The notes under the pieces: model-generated
Seen by the model: only the letters and a program-made list of their open reading frames with translations
Told to the model about the DNA's origin: nothing
Database searches by the model: none
Part shown: piece by piece, positions 1 to 11,720 of the stretch
How positions within the stretch are numbered: position 1 is the first letter of the stretch
Layout: every line of letters starts with the position of its first letter
Program-made: the position numbers and the translations under genes
From: Ginglymostoma cirratum
Taxonomy: Eukaryota
DNA: 64,000 nt
NCBI GenBank assembly: GCA_024137785.1
Contig: JAHRHZ010000034.1
Location: 26,796,920-26,860,919 of the forward strand
Direction: 5' to 3'

Positions 1-6
1 CTCATC

Positions 7-100
7 AGTTCTGAGGAAGGGTCACCGGACCCGAAACGTTAACTCTGTTTTCTCCTTCACAGGTGCTGCCAGACCTGCTGAACTTTTCCAGTGACTTTGC
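7..100 (+). ncRNA. Minimal hammerhead ribozyme motif in a PLE-terminus repeat (family B)
   Basis: Stem I AGTT(7-10)/AACT(41-44); core CTGAGGA(11-17) plus extra A; stem II GGGTC(19-23)/GACCC(28-32); GAAACGTT(33-40) with palindromic ACGT helix III and a predicted GUU cleavage triplet. This fits the minimal hammerheads known from PLE termini. Confidence 0.75.
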
Positions 101-834
101 TTTTATAACCAATATACGGTATTAGCAGAAGCAAGACAGTCCAATGCGGGAATTTTGAAATAAAAACAGTAAAGCAGATCAAGGCACTGATGTGTGGGCC
201 AGAGGAAGGCCAAGGTATCCAAACAGAGCCATGCTTCAATCTATAGAGCAGAATCCATAGTTGCTGGGAGGGTGAAGAGATTTTGAGGCTGGTCAAGGAT
301 GATGGAGGGAGGGTCCAGGTTGATAGCAGGAGGATTGAGTGTTAAGGTAAGAGTCAAGCATCACTCACTCTTTATCAAGGGTACTGATTGGAGGCTCCAG
401 GGTGATGTTGCAAGGGTCAAGGGAAACGACAGGTGCTTGAGGATGACAGAAGGAAGGTGGAGATGTATGGGCTGTATTTGTAGGGTCACAGTGTATATGT
501 CAATCAACATGGCTGCAAATAAAGTTTAAACTTACAGAAGGGAGTTGAAGGAGGCCACTCTGAGATGGAAGAACTATTGGGAGTGTACTCTGGATTATGC
601 ATTCCCATTTATAAAGTGCAGCTGCAATATTCCTGAAATGTATGTAAACAGAAGTGTTCATTTTTTTTGTCTGTTTCTCTTCACAGTCATTTTGTGAATT
701 AATTATGCCTCTCATACATCCAATATTAATAGTCATTTGAGTATTGCTGATAAAGACTTTGTCAAAGCTTTTCAACTTGTAATAATCTGGACATTGGGCA
801 AGAATACTAATTTAAGGGCAGCTCAATGTTTATG

Positions 835-1960
835 CTGCATGAGAGGAGATTGCTGATTGGTGAACAAGTAAACATCAGTTAGTGGAGGTGTTGCCATGGA
901 AAATGCAGCCATTAATGCTGATTGACAGTTAACTCTCAGGCTGTTTAAATTTTAAACACAGCAAGTTGATTGGTCAGTGCATTGCATGAAAAATGAACTA
1001 GGATATGGTTGTCACCTGTTTTGTTGAGTTGAAACAGATGCAGTGTGTGTATATCTTTTTTTTTTCTGTCTGCACCAAACAAGGTCCTCCATTTGAATAT
1101 ATGTAGTTTCCAGTTCATACAAGTGCACCACTGTCAACCTGACACAAAATCCTAAATAGATTGTCACCATGTTACTTTTCACACTCAGGAATACCAAGCA
1201 TTGCAGAGAGGAAAAGTTGAATTTTTTTTTCTTGCATTCATCACAGTGACCTGGTGGTTAGTACTACTGCCTCACAGCACCAGAGACTCGGGTTCGATTC
1301 TAGCCTTGGATGACTCTTTGTGTAGAGTTTGTACATTCTCCCCATCTCTGCATGGGTTTCTGTCAAGTGCTCCGGTTTCCTCCCACAGTCCGATAATGTG
1401 CAGAATGGGTGGATTGGCCATGCTAAATTATCCGTAATGTCCAGGGATGCGCAGGCTAGATTGATTAGCTACAGTAAATGTGGGGCTACGGGGATAGGCT
1501 GGGGCTGGTTCTGGGTGGGATGCTGTTCAGAAGGTCAACGTGGATTCGATCGGCTGAATGGCCTATTTCTGCACATTAGGGATTCTATGAGTCTATTCTA
1601 TGATCAGAATGCGGATGCAAGAAATAGACTTGATAAAAAGAGAGACAGTTTTATTCAGGATGGGAGGAGAATGCTAATTAGTTGGGCCTTCATTGGCATG
1701 GAGATGCAGTAAAAGCAGTTAACTGTCAATATTAATTCTCAGAACAGGCAGGTAGATTCTGATTGGTCAAGCTATTGCCATGGTTTTACAGCAGTTTTGA
1801 AAAAAAGTGTTATGCATATAGAAATTATTTTTGTCTACAGGGTCCTGAGCACTTATGTGTATAGTTTCCGAAACACAAATACATCACACTGTGAGACTGG
1901 CTAACAATTTTAAATTTGTTTTCATTGTAACTCTTAGCACAATCTGGATTATTTGATAAA
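835..1960. repeat. Two diverged copies (~835-1200 and ~1635-1960) of an unclassified repeat, separated by a SINE
   Basis: Both copies share ordered motifs: gaggaga-tgct-att, tgccatgg, cagttaact, (ct)gattggtca, tagtttcc, cactgt. Confidence 0.5.
1243..1600 (+). mobile_element. HE1-like V-SINE
   Basis: tRNA-like head (tggttagtactactgcctcacagc...gggttcgattc), V-domain (gtttgtacattctcccc...ctccggtttcctcccacagtcc) and a CR1-like 3' tail. Confidence 0.85.
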
Positions 1961-2169
1961 TGATTTCCCGGAGCAGAATCACATCTAATGATTTTTGAGG
2001 CTGGTTGAACATGAATGGCATGTTGCCAGCTGCTAGTGGTGTTGTTTGATATGATCCTTTAGTCATTGGGATGTATGGCTATGTATCTGGCTTCACACTG
2101 GAGCTCAACTACCACATTATTCATTTGTGTGGTTGGCAAAACATCTTTTTGGCTTGATGGTAGCATCAC

Positions 2170-3490
2170 ATTCAGTTAAGACTTGTGCAAAATACCAGTT
2201 CATCTGACATCTCATTTCCACTATTAATTCCCCAGACTTACTTTCTGTAAACTCACTTTGTTGACTTTTAAAACTGTCTATCAAAACTCTTACCATCTGC
2301 CTTTATGATTCTAGCTAGCTTTCTCTTGTACTCTAATTTTCCCCTTTTGTTAATCTTTCAGTCACTGCTTTTTTTTAATATACTGTTCAATCTTCTGGCA
2401 TAACATACTTGTATCATTTAAGTTTGATACTTTCTTTAATTTTGTTAATTAACCACAAATAGTGAGTCCTCCCCTTGGAGCATTTCTTTCTCTTTGGAAC
2501 GTATTATTTCCATGTATACAGAACTATGCCCTTAAATGTTTACCCTGCGTCTCTATTGACCTATCCCTTAACCTAATTTGCCAGTTCACTTTAGCCACTT
2601 CTGCTTTCACGCACTCATAATTGTGCTAAAGTTTATAATAATAGTCTTGGGCTCACTTTTGTCTCCATGAAATCAAGACATTACGAAATGATCATATTAT
2701 GGGCAGGAGGGTTGCTCAGTTGTTAGCACAGCCTCACAGCTCCAGGGACCCAAGTTTGATTCAAGCCTTGGGTGATTGTCTGAGTGGAGTTTGCACATTC
2801 TCCTGCTTTTTGCGTGGGTTTCCACTGGGTGCTGTGGTTTCCTCCCACAGTCCAAAGATATGCAAGATTGGTAAATTGCCAGGGTCCACGGATGTGCATG
2901 CTAGGTGGTTTACCCGTGGCAGATATGGGGTTACAGGAATAGTGAGGGGGCAGGAGCTGGGTATGGGGTAGGATGCTCTTCAGAGGGTTGGTGTGGACTT
3001 GATGGGCTGAATGGCCTCTTGCCACACTATAGCATTTCTATGATGATCACTGCTACCTAGCCTTAATTAATCAATCATACCTTATTGCACAATACCATGT
3101 CTGGTGTAATCTGCTCTTTGTTTGACTACAGAGCATGCTTTTCTGAGAAACTATCCTGAAAGCATTGTATGAACTTCCCATTTAGGCTATATTTGCCCAA
3201 CTGATTTTTCCTACTCAAAATGCCCTATGCTTATCACTGTACTTTTTCTTTAAGAGTGCATCGTACCTATGTGGTTACTATTGTGGAACCTGTAAACACT
3301 CCTGCAAATAACTACTTGCCTTTTTCCATTTCTCATGTTAACTCAAAACTGGTTCCTATACATTCTGGTTTCCTATGTTTAGGTCACCCTTCTCTATTGT
3401 GACAATGCTTGAATTAATAAGCAGAGCCACTCCTGCACCGTTTTCTAACTTCCTGGCCTTCTTTAACATCGTGTACACTTCTTTATTTAT
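2170..3490 (-). mobile_element. Old CR1-like LINE ORF2 fragments interrupted by a SINE
   Basis: Degenerate reverse-strand CR1-type sequence (e.g. ctatcccttaacctaatttgccagttcactttagcc; atgatcactgctaccta). No intact ORF. Confidence 0.45.
2700..3042 (+). mobile_element. HE1-like V-SINE
   Basis: ttagcacagcctcacagctccagggacc head, gagtttgcacattctcc...ggtttcctcccacagtccaaagat V-domain, ggtgtggacttgatgggctgaatggcc tail. Confidence 0.85.
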
Positions 3491-3789
3491 ATCCCAGTCA
3501 ACGGAGGAGAGATGGGTTGATTAGGAACCAAAAAAGGGATCTGGACATGGAGCTAGAGGCCACAGTTAAGGTACTAAATGAATACATTGCAGCCGTCTTT
3601 TTACCAAGAGAGAACAAAATATACAACGTACAATGTTAAAGTTCCTGTGACTTTTCTTTTGATAGGCTTACAGCAGTATCCAGCAAATTAATGACCTTTT
3701 CTGGAGAATCCACGATAGCCCTAAAGAGGGCTGTATTGTAAGAGATATTCTACAGGTTGACAAGGAACGGTAAAGAATTCAACATGACA

Positions 3790-4250
3790 AACATGGCAGG
3801 TCTGGTAACATCTGCGAAGGAAAAGCAGTTAATGTTTTCAGTGCAGTGACTGTTATTCAGAACCTTGTGGAATTCAAACCGTGCTAAACATGTGAGCCAA
3901 AGAATTGCATATATGAAATAAAAACACAAAGCATTTGAAAAGCCCAAGTCAAGAGTCCTACTGGACTCAAAACATTAACTCTCTCGTTGTCTCCACAGAT
4001 ACTGCCAGACCTGCTGAGTTCCTCCAGCACCTGTGTTTTTTTAATTAATTATAAACATGTCTACATATCATAAAAAGCTTTCATTAAAATTAAGACAGAA
4101 ACAAAATCAGAAGTTGCTGGAAAACTCAGCAGGTCTGGCAGCACCTGCGGAAAGAAAGCAAAGTGAAGTCTGGACAATGTTAACTCTGCTTTCTCTCCAG
4201 AGATACTGCCAGACCTGCAGAGTTCCTCCAGCACTTGTGTTTTTTTCCCC
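3790..4250. mobile_element. Cluster of decayed PLE-terminus repeats in both orientations
   Basis: Repeated tgccagacctgc...agttcctccagcac and its reverse complement gctggaaaactcagcaggtctggcagca; 4095-4250 is an inverted pair. Confidence 0.7.
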
Positions 4251-4379
4251 AAAATCAAAACCACGGTGATACAAAAACTTATGAATCAAAAGTAAAATGC
4301 TCGCTTGGGTGGGGTGTTGTGATTGTGCTACTCCAAGGTACAGTTTAGAGCCTCATGCTGAGTGAGCAGCAGCAACAGG

Positions 4380-5220
4380 CTCCTTGCCTGCAGCCTAGGC
4401 CTGGCCTGGCCTGGCGGGGGGGCCGCCCCGCTCCTCTCCCATTGGAGTTCATGGACGGAGTGAAAGAAGATGGCGGCGCCCAGCTAGAGCCGATCATGGC
4501 GGATGCCTCAAGGTGCAAGCACAGAAAACAGGCGAACCCGAGGAGAAAACACGGTCAGTCAGATTGCATTTTCACTCCTATCGCCCATTAGAGAGAAGGT
4601 ACAAACCTTCCTGAAGTTTGCCCCGGTCGGAACTTTCTGATTTTTCTTTAAATATAAAAAATAAATATGTTCGCTGCCACCCGGCTGAGGATGTGGTTTC
4701 GGTTTTGTTTTTTGGGGGAAAAAATAAAACGGGAAAGAAACAAGCGGCTCGGCCTGCCTGTGCTTTTTGCTGCGTCGTCTGTCTCTTTCTGAAAACGACC
4801 TTCCCTTTCGTTTTCTTTTGAACCCAAAACAGAAGAAAACAAAAGTGGTCGCTTGCTGCCAAACGGGGCACTTCCCTGCCGTTGGCCGGCAGTTGTGGCC
4901 GCGGTGAGGCGGGCCTTGTGGAGCTGGCCTGGGAGGGAAGCCTGAGGACGGCCAGTCTGGGCTGTCTATCGGCCCGGCTCCTCCTGACTTCCCGTGTGTG
5001 TGTTTATTCAGAGGAGGAGAGAAGCTGGAGTTTACAGCTCTCACCGACCCCGAACATTTTATTCCATTACGGGCCAGCGTGGGCGTGTGACGTGCAGCTG
5101 CAGCCGCTCTGCAGCGTCTCGACTCCTAAAGGGTTTCTCACGGTTTTCTCTCAACTCACAGCCTATCCACTCTGAAGACAGCTCGTGTGTGTGTGTTCTT
5201 TTCTCTCCCCGAGCCAACAA
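4380..5220 (+). promoter_or_regulatory. CpG-rich promoter/first-exon island
   Basis: Abrupt GC and CpG enrichment in an AT-rich background; GC boxes at ~4413-4435; reverse CCAAT (ATTGG 4441-4445); YY1-type AAGATGGCGGC at 4467-4477. Confidence 0.75.
4496..4553 (+). CDS. First coding exon of a ZEB-family zinc-finger E-box-binding homeobox gene (ZEB1/ZEB2-like); possible in-frame extension from ATG 4451
   Basis: Encodes MADASRCKHRKQANPRRKH, compared with MADGPRCKRRKQANPRR(N/K)N in ZEB1/ZEB2. It is 58 nt from ATG to a phase-1 donor G|GTCAGT (4554), the same length and phase as ZEB1 exon 1. The upstream EPI resembles ZEB2 QPI. Confidence 0.88.
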
Positions 5221-5676
5221 CTAAACTGAATACAGATAAATGGCTTTTTGTGCTTAAATTCATTGGCAATATTGGCGGTGGGGTGGCTAAAATGACAACT
5301 GGAATGGGTGAAGTTTTCATGCCCCACGATTCATGAATGCAGGGCTGCCAAGTATTGGCCCCTTCTTCCAAATTTAGCAATCTTACTGTATGTAACACAT
5401 TAATCTGAAATTGTTTTCATTATTGATTTGCCACCTTTGAGTATGTAAAGTACTGAAAATGTGCTTGCCTCGACCTTAAAACTTTCCAAATAATACTCTT
5501 TTAGTCACCTTTCTGTATTTAGTATTATATTATATAGGCTGAAGATGCTATTGCCAGCAATGTAAAGTGAATATCTCAGAAACAAACTACTATCTTATTG
5601 TCAATTATTTACAGTTTAATTCCTTGTTAGGATGTTCCATTTATACTTTACTGGTAATAACACTTGTGGCTCTTAT

Positions 5677-7135
5677 GGGGAGGCAATGGCCAAGTGGTAT
5701 TGTCACTGGACTGTTAGCCCAGCGACCCAGATAATGTTCTGGGGACCCAGGTCCGAATCCTGCCACGGCAGGTGGTGGAATTTGAATTCAATAAATGAAT
5801 CCAGTGTTGATTGTCAGGAAAAACCCATCTGGTTCACTAATGTCTGTTAGGGAAGGAAACTGCCATCCTTACCTGGTCTGGCTTACGTGTGACTCCAGAC
5901 CCGCAGCAATGTTGTTGACTCTGAACTGAATTGGAGAAAATACGGAGGCATGGGATTGAGGGAGATTTAGCAGTTTGGATTAGAAACTGGCTTTCTGAAA
6001 GAAGCCAGAGTGGTGGTTGATGGAAAATATTCAGCCTGGAGTCTGGTTACTAGTGGTGTGCCACAAGGATCTGTTTTGGGACCACTGCTGTTTGTCAGTT
6101 TTATAAATGACTTGGACGCAGACATAGCTGGATGGGTTAGTAAGTTTGCAGATGACACTAAAGTCGGTGGAGTGGTGGACAGTGTGGAAGAATGTTGCAG
6201 GTTGCAGGTTGCAGGGAGACTTGGATAAACTGCAGAATTGGGCTGAAAGGTGGCAAATGGAGTTCAATGCAGATAAATGTGAGGTGATGCACTTTGGGAA
6301 GAATAATAGGAAGGCAGAATACTGGGTCAATGGAAAGATTCTTGGTAGTGTGGATGTGCAGAGGGATCTTGGTGTCCAGGTACATAGATCCCTAAAAGTT
6401 GCCACCCAGGTTGATAGTGCTGTTAAGAAGGCATATACGGTGTGTTAGGTTTCATCGGTAGAGGGATTGAGTTCCGGAGCCGTGATGTCATGCTGCAACT
6501 GTACAAAACGCTAGTGCGGCCTCACTTGGAATATTGCGTACAGTTCTGGTCGCCCCATTACAGGAAGGATGTGGAAGCATTGGAAAAGGTGCAGAGGAGA
6601 TTTACGAGGATGTTGCCTGGTCTGGAACGAAGGTCTTATGAGGAAAGACTGAGGGACTTGGGTCTGTTCTCATTGGAGAGAAGAAGGCTAAGAGGGGATT
6701 TAATAGAGACCTACAAAATGATCAGAGAATCCGATTAGATAGGGTGGACAGTGGGAGTCTTTTTCCCAGGATGATGACGTCGGCTAGTACGAGGGGGCAT
6801 AGCTGCAAATTGAGGGGTGACAGATTTAAGACAGATGTCAGAGGCAGGTTCTTTACTCAGAGAGTGGTAAGGGCGTGGAATGCCCTGCCTGCCAATGTAG
6901 TTAACTCAGCCACATTAGGGGCATTTAAACAGTCCTTGGATAAGCATATGGATGATGATGGGATAGTGTAGGGGGATGGGCTTAGATTAGTTCACAGGTC
7001 GGCGCAACATCGAGGGCCGAAGGGCCTGTTCTGCGCTGTATTGTTCTATGTTCTATGTTCTATGAACTGCCCTCTGGCTAATTAGGTATGGGCAATAAAT
7101 GCTGCCTAGCCAGCCTGTGAATGAATTTAAAAAAA
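5677..7135 (+). mobile_element. tRNA-derived SINE (gggcaataaatgc tail) split by a CR1 insertion
   Basis: Head and body at 5677-5928 (ccatctggttcactaatgtc...ccttacctggtctggc) resume at ~7063-7135 with gggcaataaatgctg...gaatgaatttaaaaaaa. Confidence 0.75.
5929..7062 (+). mobile_element. 5'-truncated, relatively young CR1 (HER1-like) LINE
   Basis: RT motifs SGVPQGSVLGPLLF, KFADDTK, LVRPHLEYCVQFWSP, FFTQRVVRAWN; frameshifts; (TTCTATG)n tail; flanked by TGAACTG (5922-5928 / 7063-7069). Confidence 0.95.
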
Positions 7136-10100
7136 TACTCTATCTCTATTTTCTAACTATGTATTGCAAGTTATGTTTTGGATGTAAACAACAGATTGGA
7201 ATTTGGCAACAATATTTCTGTTGCCTGCATATACACTTTGATTTTTGGGATATGTAATTTGGTGGCATTTTCATGTTCATAGATTTTGATAACCATTCTG
7301 AGGTTGATATTTAGTTACAACTTAATCAATTTTATCACTGGTATTGATATAATTTAAGTTCACAGAGTCATCTTTTACCTGAATTTGTATGCTCATGCAG
7401 CAGTTGGTTACTGAATGACACATTAAAGCAAAATCTTAAGGTTTATCATCACGAAAATGTAATTATTTTCCATTGATCTGCTAGTAGTTCTTTTGTTTAT
7501 TTTTGTTGATTGATTGATATACTAGGGTAAAACAATTGCAGTTAAATATGTCTGACTTACATATTGTGCAAATTGAGCTTGTTTTGATAGGATACTTCTG
7601 GGAACAGTTTGTGGAAAGTAAATGTGTGGATTGTCTTACGAGGATAAGTTGGACAGACTTAGGCTTGTTTCACTGCACTTTAGAAGAGTAAGGGCTGACT
7701 TGATAGAAGAATCCTAAATGTCTTGATACTGAATGGCCTTGACAAGGTGGATGTGGGAATTTGATTCTTGGGATATGGGCATCACTGGCTAGGTTGGCAT
7801 TAATTGCCAATCCTTTGCCCATGAAAATGTGGTGGTGTCAGTTCAACGGCTACAGCCTATTTGGTGTATGTGTTCTCAAGGACTGTTAGGGAAGTTGTTT
7901 CAGGATTTGTATATTTAAGACTGAAATAGATAGGGGAATCAAGAGTTACGGGGCAAGGGCAGGAAAGGGAATATGAGGAATCTCTGATCAGCCATGATCC
8001 TTTTGAATAGTGGAGCAGGCTTGAAAAGCCAAATGGCCAACTCTTGTTCCTATTTCTTATGGTCTTATAGAAACATTCTTAGTCTGTGAAAGCAAAGATT
8101 ATTGGTACAAATGGGAATATGGAATTTGAACATAAGCAAATCAGCTATGATTTTATTGAATGGCAGAGAAATGGTTGTTATTTATTTTATATGTTTGCAA
8201 ATATCTTAAGCGTGTCCATTAAGGAGAATTGAGCTTGAATGCTATTGTGCGTCATTTTGAAGTTAGATTATACATGAAGAGGCAATTCAGATACAGTTGT
8301 AATGTATGTAGCTCAAAAGTGCGAATAAAACAATTAACATTAACGTAAATGATTTCAAGGAAGTTTTGAGGCTTTATTGTGTTTTCACATTACGGTAATA
8401 CATCGCCTTTTCTTTTGTGGCCGCACTATATTTTGAGAGATGTCTGAAACATGTAGAATCATAAATTTCATTCACTGCAGTAAGTATTTTTCATTAAATT
8501 ATGGGGTCTGGATAGTGGAATAGGTTGGATATTAACTATGGCTCATGAGATGGAAAATTTCTTTGGAAGGGTCCAATATAAAATTAATTTGGACTGTCTT
8601 ACTCTGTTGAGTTGTCCCGCAGCTCAAAGTTGCAGCCAGTTGCCATGATTTGCCATTTAATTTAGAATGGCTTGTGTAAAATATGGGTGGGGAAATATAG
8701 GACTGGTGCAGTAGAAATGATCTTTTGAGCTCAGTGTTGGGGCCTATGGTGCAGGGTGGAGGACATTTTTGTGCTTCCGGCTCCCTGAATTCCATAGTAT
8801 TCACTTTTACCTTGGGTATTTTAAAAAAAAACCTGAAACGAAATAAAATTATTTATATATTATGTTGAAACTAAAACTGAGATACTGCAATGCTGCACCT
8901 GGTGCATTTATGATCTAATCCTGGAAGGACTGGACTGTTGGAATGTGATGATAGTGGAATTCAGTCCAGTCTGAAAATCTCATATCTGGCTCAGGATGTA
9001 CCAGTGCTAATTAGCTGTATCAATGGTGTCCAATCTGCTTTGACAGTGATCCCCTCAGCCCAAGAATGATTTTAAAAAATGGAGTGATCATGTATGTGTT
9101 TGTGGAGTCATTCACTGCAAGGGAACTTCCTAAATTTGTCTTGCTTATTGAAGTCAATTGATGAGTAGAGGCTAGACATGTCCCTGGAGAATAGAAAAAT
9201 TTCTGGGCTAGTTACCCTGGGATGTTATTAATACCTCCAAACGAGGAATAGTCTGCATCATGAAAAAAAGCCTGAAATTGAAAAGAATTCAATATTTGAT
9301 TTAAGCAGTAATTAAAAGCCACAGATGCGATGATTTAATTGGAATTTTATTTTTGAATGTGGATAAATGACCTAAACTACACAATAGAAACTTTTCATAA
9401 TTTAGTCTTAGTATAATTTAGATTTTTTTCTAACTCTATTGATGTATTTAATGGAAATAAAATGAAGTTCAACTTCCACAGATTGCCAAGTGGATTTGTG
9501 CGAACCACTGACATCACTGTAACAGTAATATTAATATTGTCAGCTGTTATTATGACCAGAGCACTGTAGTGACAATAGGGTTTGTCTTTAACTATGCAGT
9601 TCTATTTGCCGTGTTTTTGGTCTATGTTCTTGATCAAGTTTTAATAAACTGTGCTGCAGTTTACATCCTTGGGATCATTCACAGAAGCAGACGAAGGTTG
9701 CATTCATCAGAAATCTAGACATGCTTTTCTTTCCTAAACAACACATGCTGTCTGAATGCGTAGTGAAATTGAATTCTCTGTCCACCTGATCTGTCCTGGA
9801 GACCATTAACATGATGAGTTCTTTGAGGATGGGTCATGTAGATTCCCTGCTGATATGAACACAAGTTTGATCTCTGGTCTTGTTTTTCTTTTCCTCTTAT
9901 GTGATGGTTTTGCAGCTCTGGTTTTTGAGAAAATGATCACTATCGGCCAGCACACCATACATACAAACACCATACAGAAAAAGTAGAGCTGGCATATAAA
10001 GTCAGTGTAGAGGTGGGAAAGTACCTGGCTTTCGCAAGACTTTGTAGTGCCTTAGTTCAGACAATATGAACATTTTCATGTGGGGAGAGGGGGTGTGAGA

Positions 10101-10447
10101 AAACTTACTTCTCTGTGATTTTCCACCTGCAATAAAATGATGTTTGACTGCAATGAATGTTTCAAACTCTGAAACAGATACGTGAAGTGTAAAAGGCACA
10201 GTGATGTGGAACAAAACAGAAAGTGCTAGTGAAAATCAGTTGGTCTAGTAGCATCTGTAGAGACAGCAACAAAATTCACTTTTCGAGCCAAGTGACTCTT
10301 TGTCAGAACGTGCAAATGGTATGTTGTGAAGTGAGTTCAGGGCCATAGTTCCCTCTTTGGGAGTTTGTATTTCAACCATTCTTCTAAGTAAAAGCCAGTT
10401 GCTTTTCCAGGAAAAGGAAAGTCAGAGAGCTATGCCATTCAAGTCAG

Positions 10448-10576
10448 GGATAATAGGAACTGCAGACGCTGGAGAATCTGAGATAACAAGGTGTAGACCT
10501 GGATGAACACAGCAGGCCAAGCAGCATCATAGGAGCAGGAAAGCTTGATGTTTTGGGCCTATACCCTTCTTCAGAT
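10448..10576 (-). mobile_element. PLE-terminus hammerhead repeat (family A), solo copy
   Basis: The reverse complement reads CTGAAGAAGGGTATAGGCCCAAAACATC... followed by the family A body (ggcctgctgtgttcatccag). The core is mutated. Confidence 0.8.
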
Positions 10577-11379
10577 TTTCTGATGTGTTTTCAAGTGTTT
10601 GCAAATGCAAATTGACTGCACTTCAAAAATATTGGGATGGTGTTATGTTAATTTTCTAACTAACACATTTGTCAGGACTATGCATTGTGTTGAGTGATAT
10701 GATGGAAAGTATTGTGTATGCCATGCTCGTAGATGTCGGTTTGAGTTTATGATTGTTGTACGCTGGGTTGTAATCGCAGCTATATAACTGAGTATAGTCA
10801 AGTCTGTTCACACTTGGAGTGGGAAGATTTGATTAAGTTATGGATGAGAGTTACATGCTGTGCTTGCATATTTAGCTTTTCAACAGGAACCTGTGGATGA
10901 ACAGGAACCTCTTTGGTAAATAAGCAAACAGACACTGAGGCTAGGACATTTCTGATCTGCAGGAGATTTTTACTCCAGTTGCTTGAGAAGTTCTAGAGTT
11001 TTGTAACAAAAGGAACAACAAATTCTATTTAAGTAGCACAGTTAACAAGTGGAATATCCCAAGGAATGTAGGAGTGAGTGTTAGCATTCAGCCTGTCAAG
11101 CTTGCTGTGCTGTTTAGTTGGATCACGGTTGATCTCTACTTCAATGCCATTTTGCTTCACTATCTCTGTATCTCTTGATGTCATTGGTCTCCAATAGCCT
11201 AGTGATTTCTTTCTTGATCATGCTGAATGATTGAGATTCTGCAGCCCTTTGGAATAGAGTTTCAGAGACTGAAAGCATTTCTTCTCACCTCCATCCTAAA
11301 TTGGTTAGTCATAACTTTACAAACACGTACTAAAATATGAAACAGAGCCTCATAAAATAATAATAGCGTATATGGCCAA

Positions 11380-11720
11380 ATGTTTGGTGACTGAAGTACG
11401 TTTTAAGGGACATGTTAATAGAGGAACAGGAGTAGTGAGGTGAGACGTTCAGGAAACTTATTCCCTTGGCCCTTAACTGAGGACATAGCCAACATTGGTG
11501 CAGCAGTTAAAAGTGGGCAAGCTGGAGATGCCAGAGGATGAGAAGTACAGGTATTTCAGAGACTTGTGGAGCTGGAGATGACAAAGATGGAAAGAGAGAG
11601 GTATTTGAAAGAATTGGCATGATTTGAAAAACAGCATGTGAATTTTAACTTTGGGGTATTGCTTGACCAGGAGCTAGTGTAGGTCATAGAGTACAGGTGA
11701 TGAGTGAATGGCACTGGTTG
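11380..11720 (-). mobile_element. Old L2-like LINE fragment
   Basis: Typical reverse-strand L2 3' region (gatttgaaaaacagcatgtgaattttaa...caggagctagtgtaggtca); highly decayed. Confidence 0.45.

Noticed and set aside
4559-5224. Overlapping ORFs on both strands in the CpG island
   Set aside because: Expected in GC-rich sequence; they lie after the splice donor and show no recognisable protein features.
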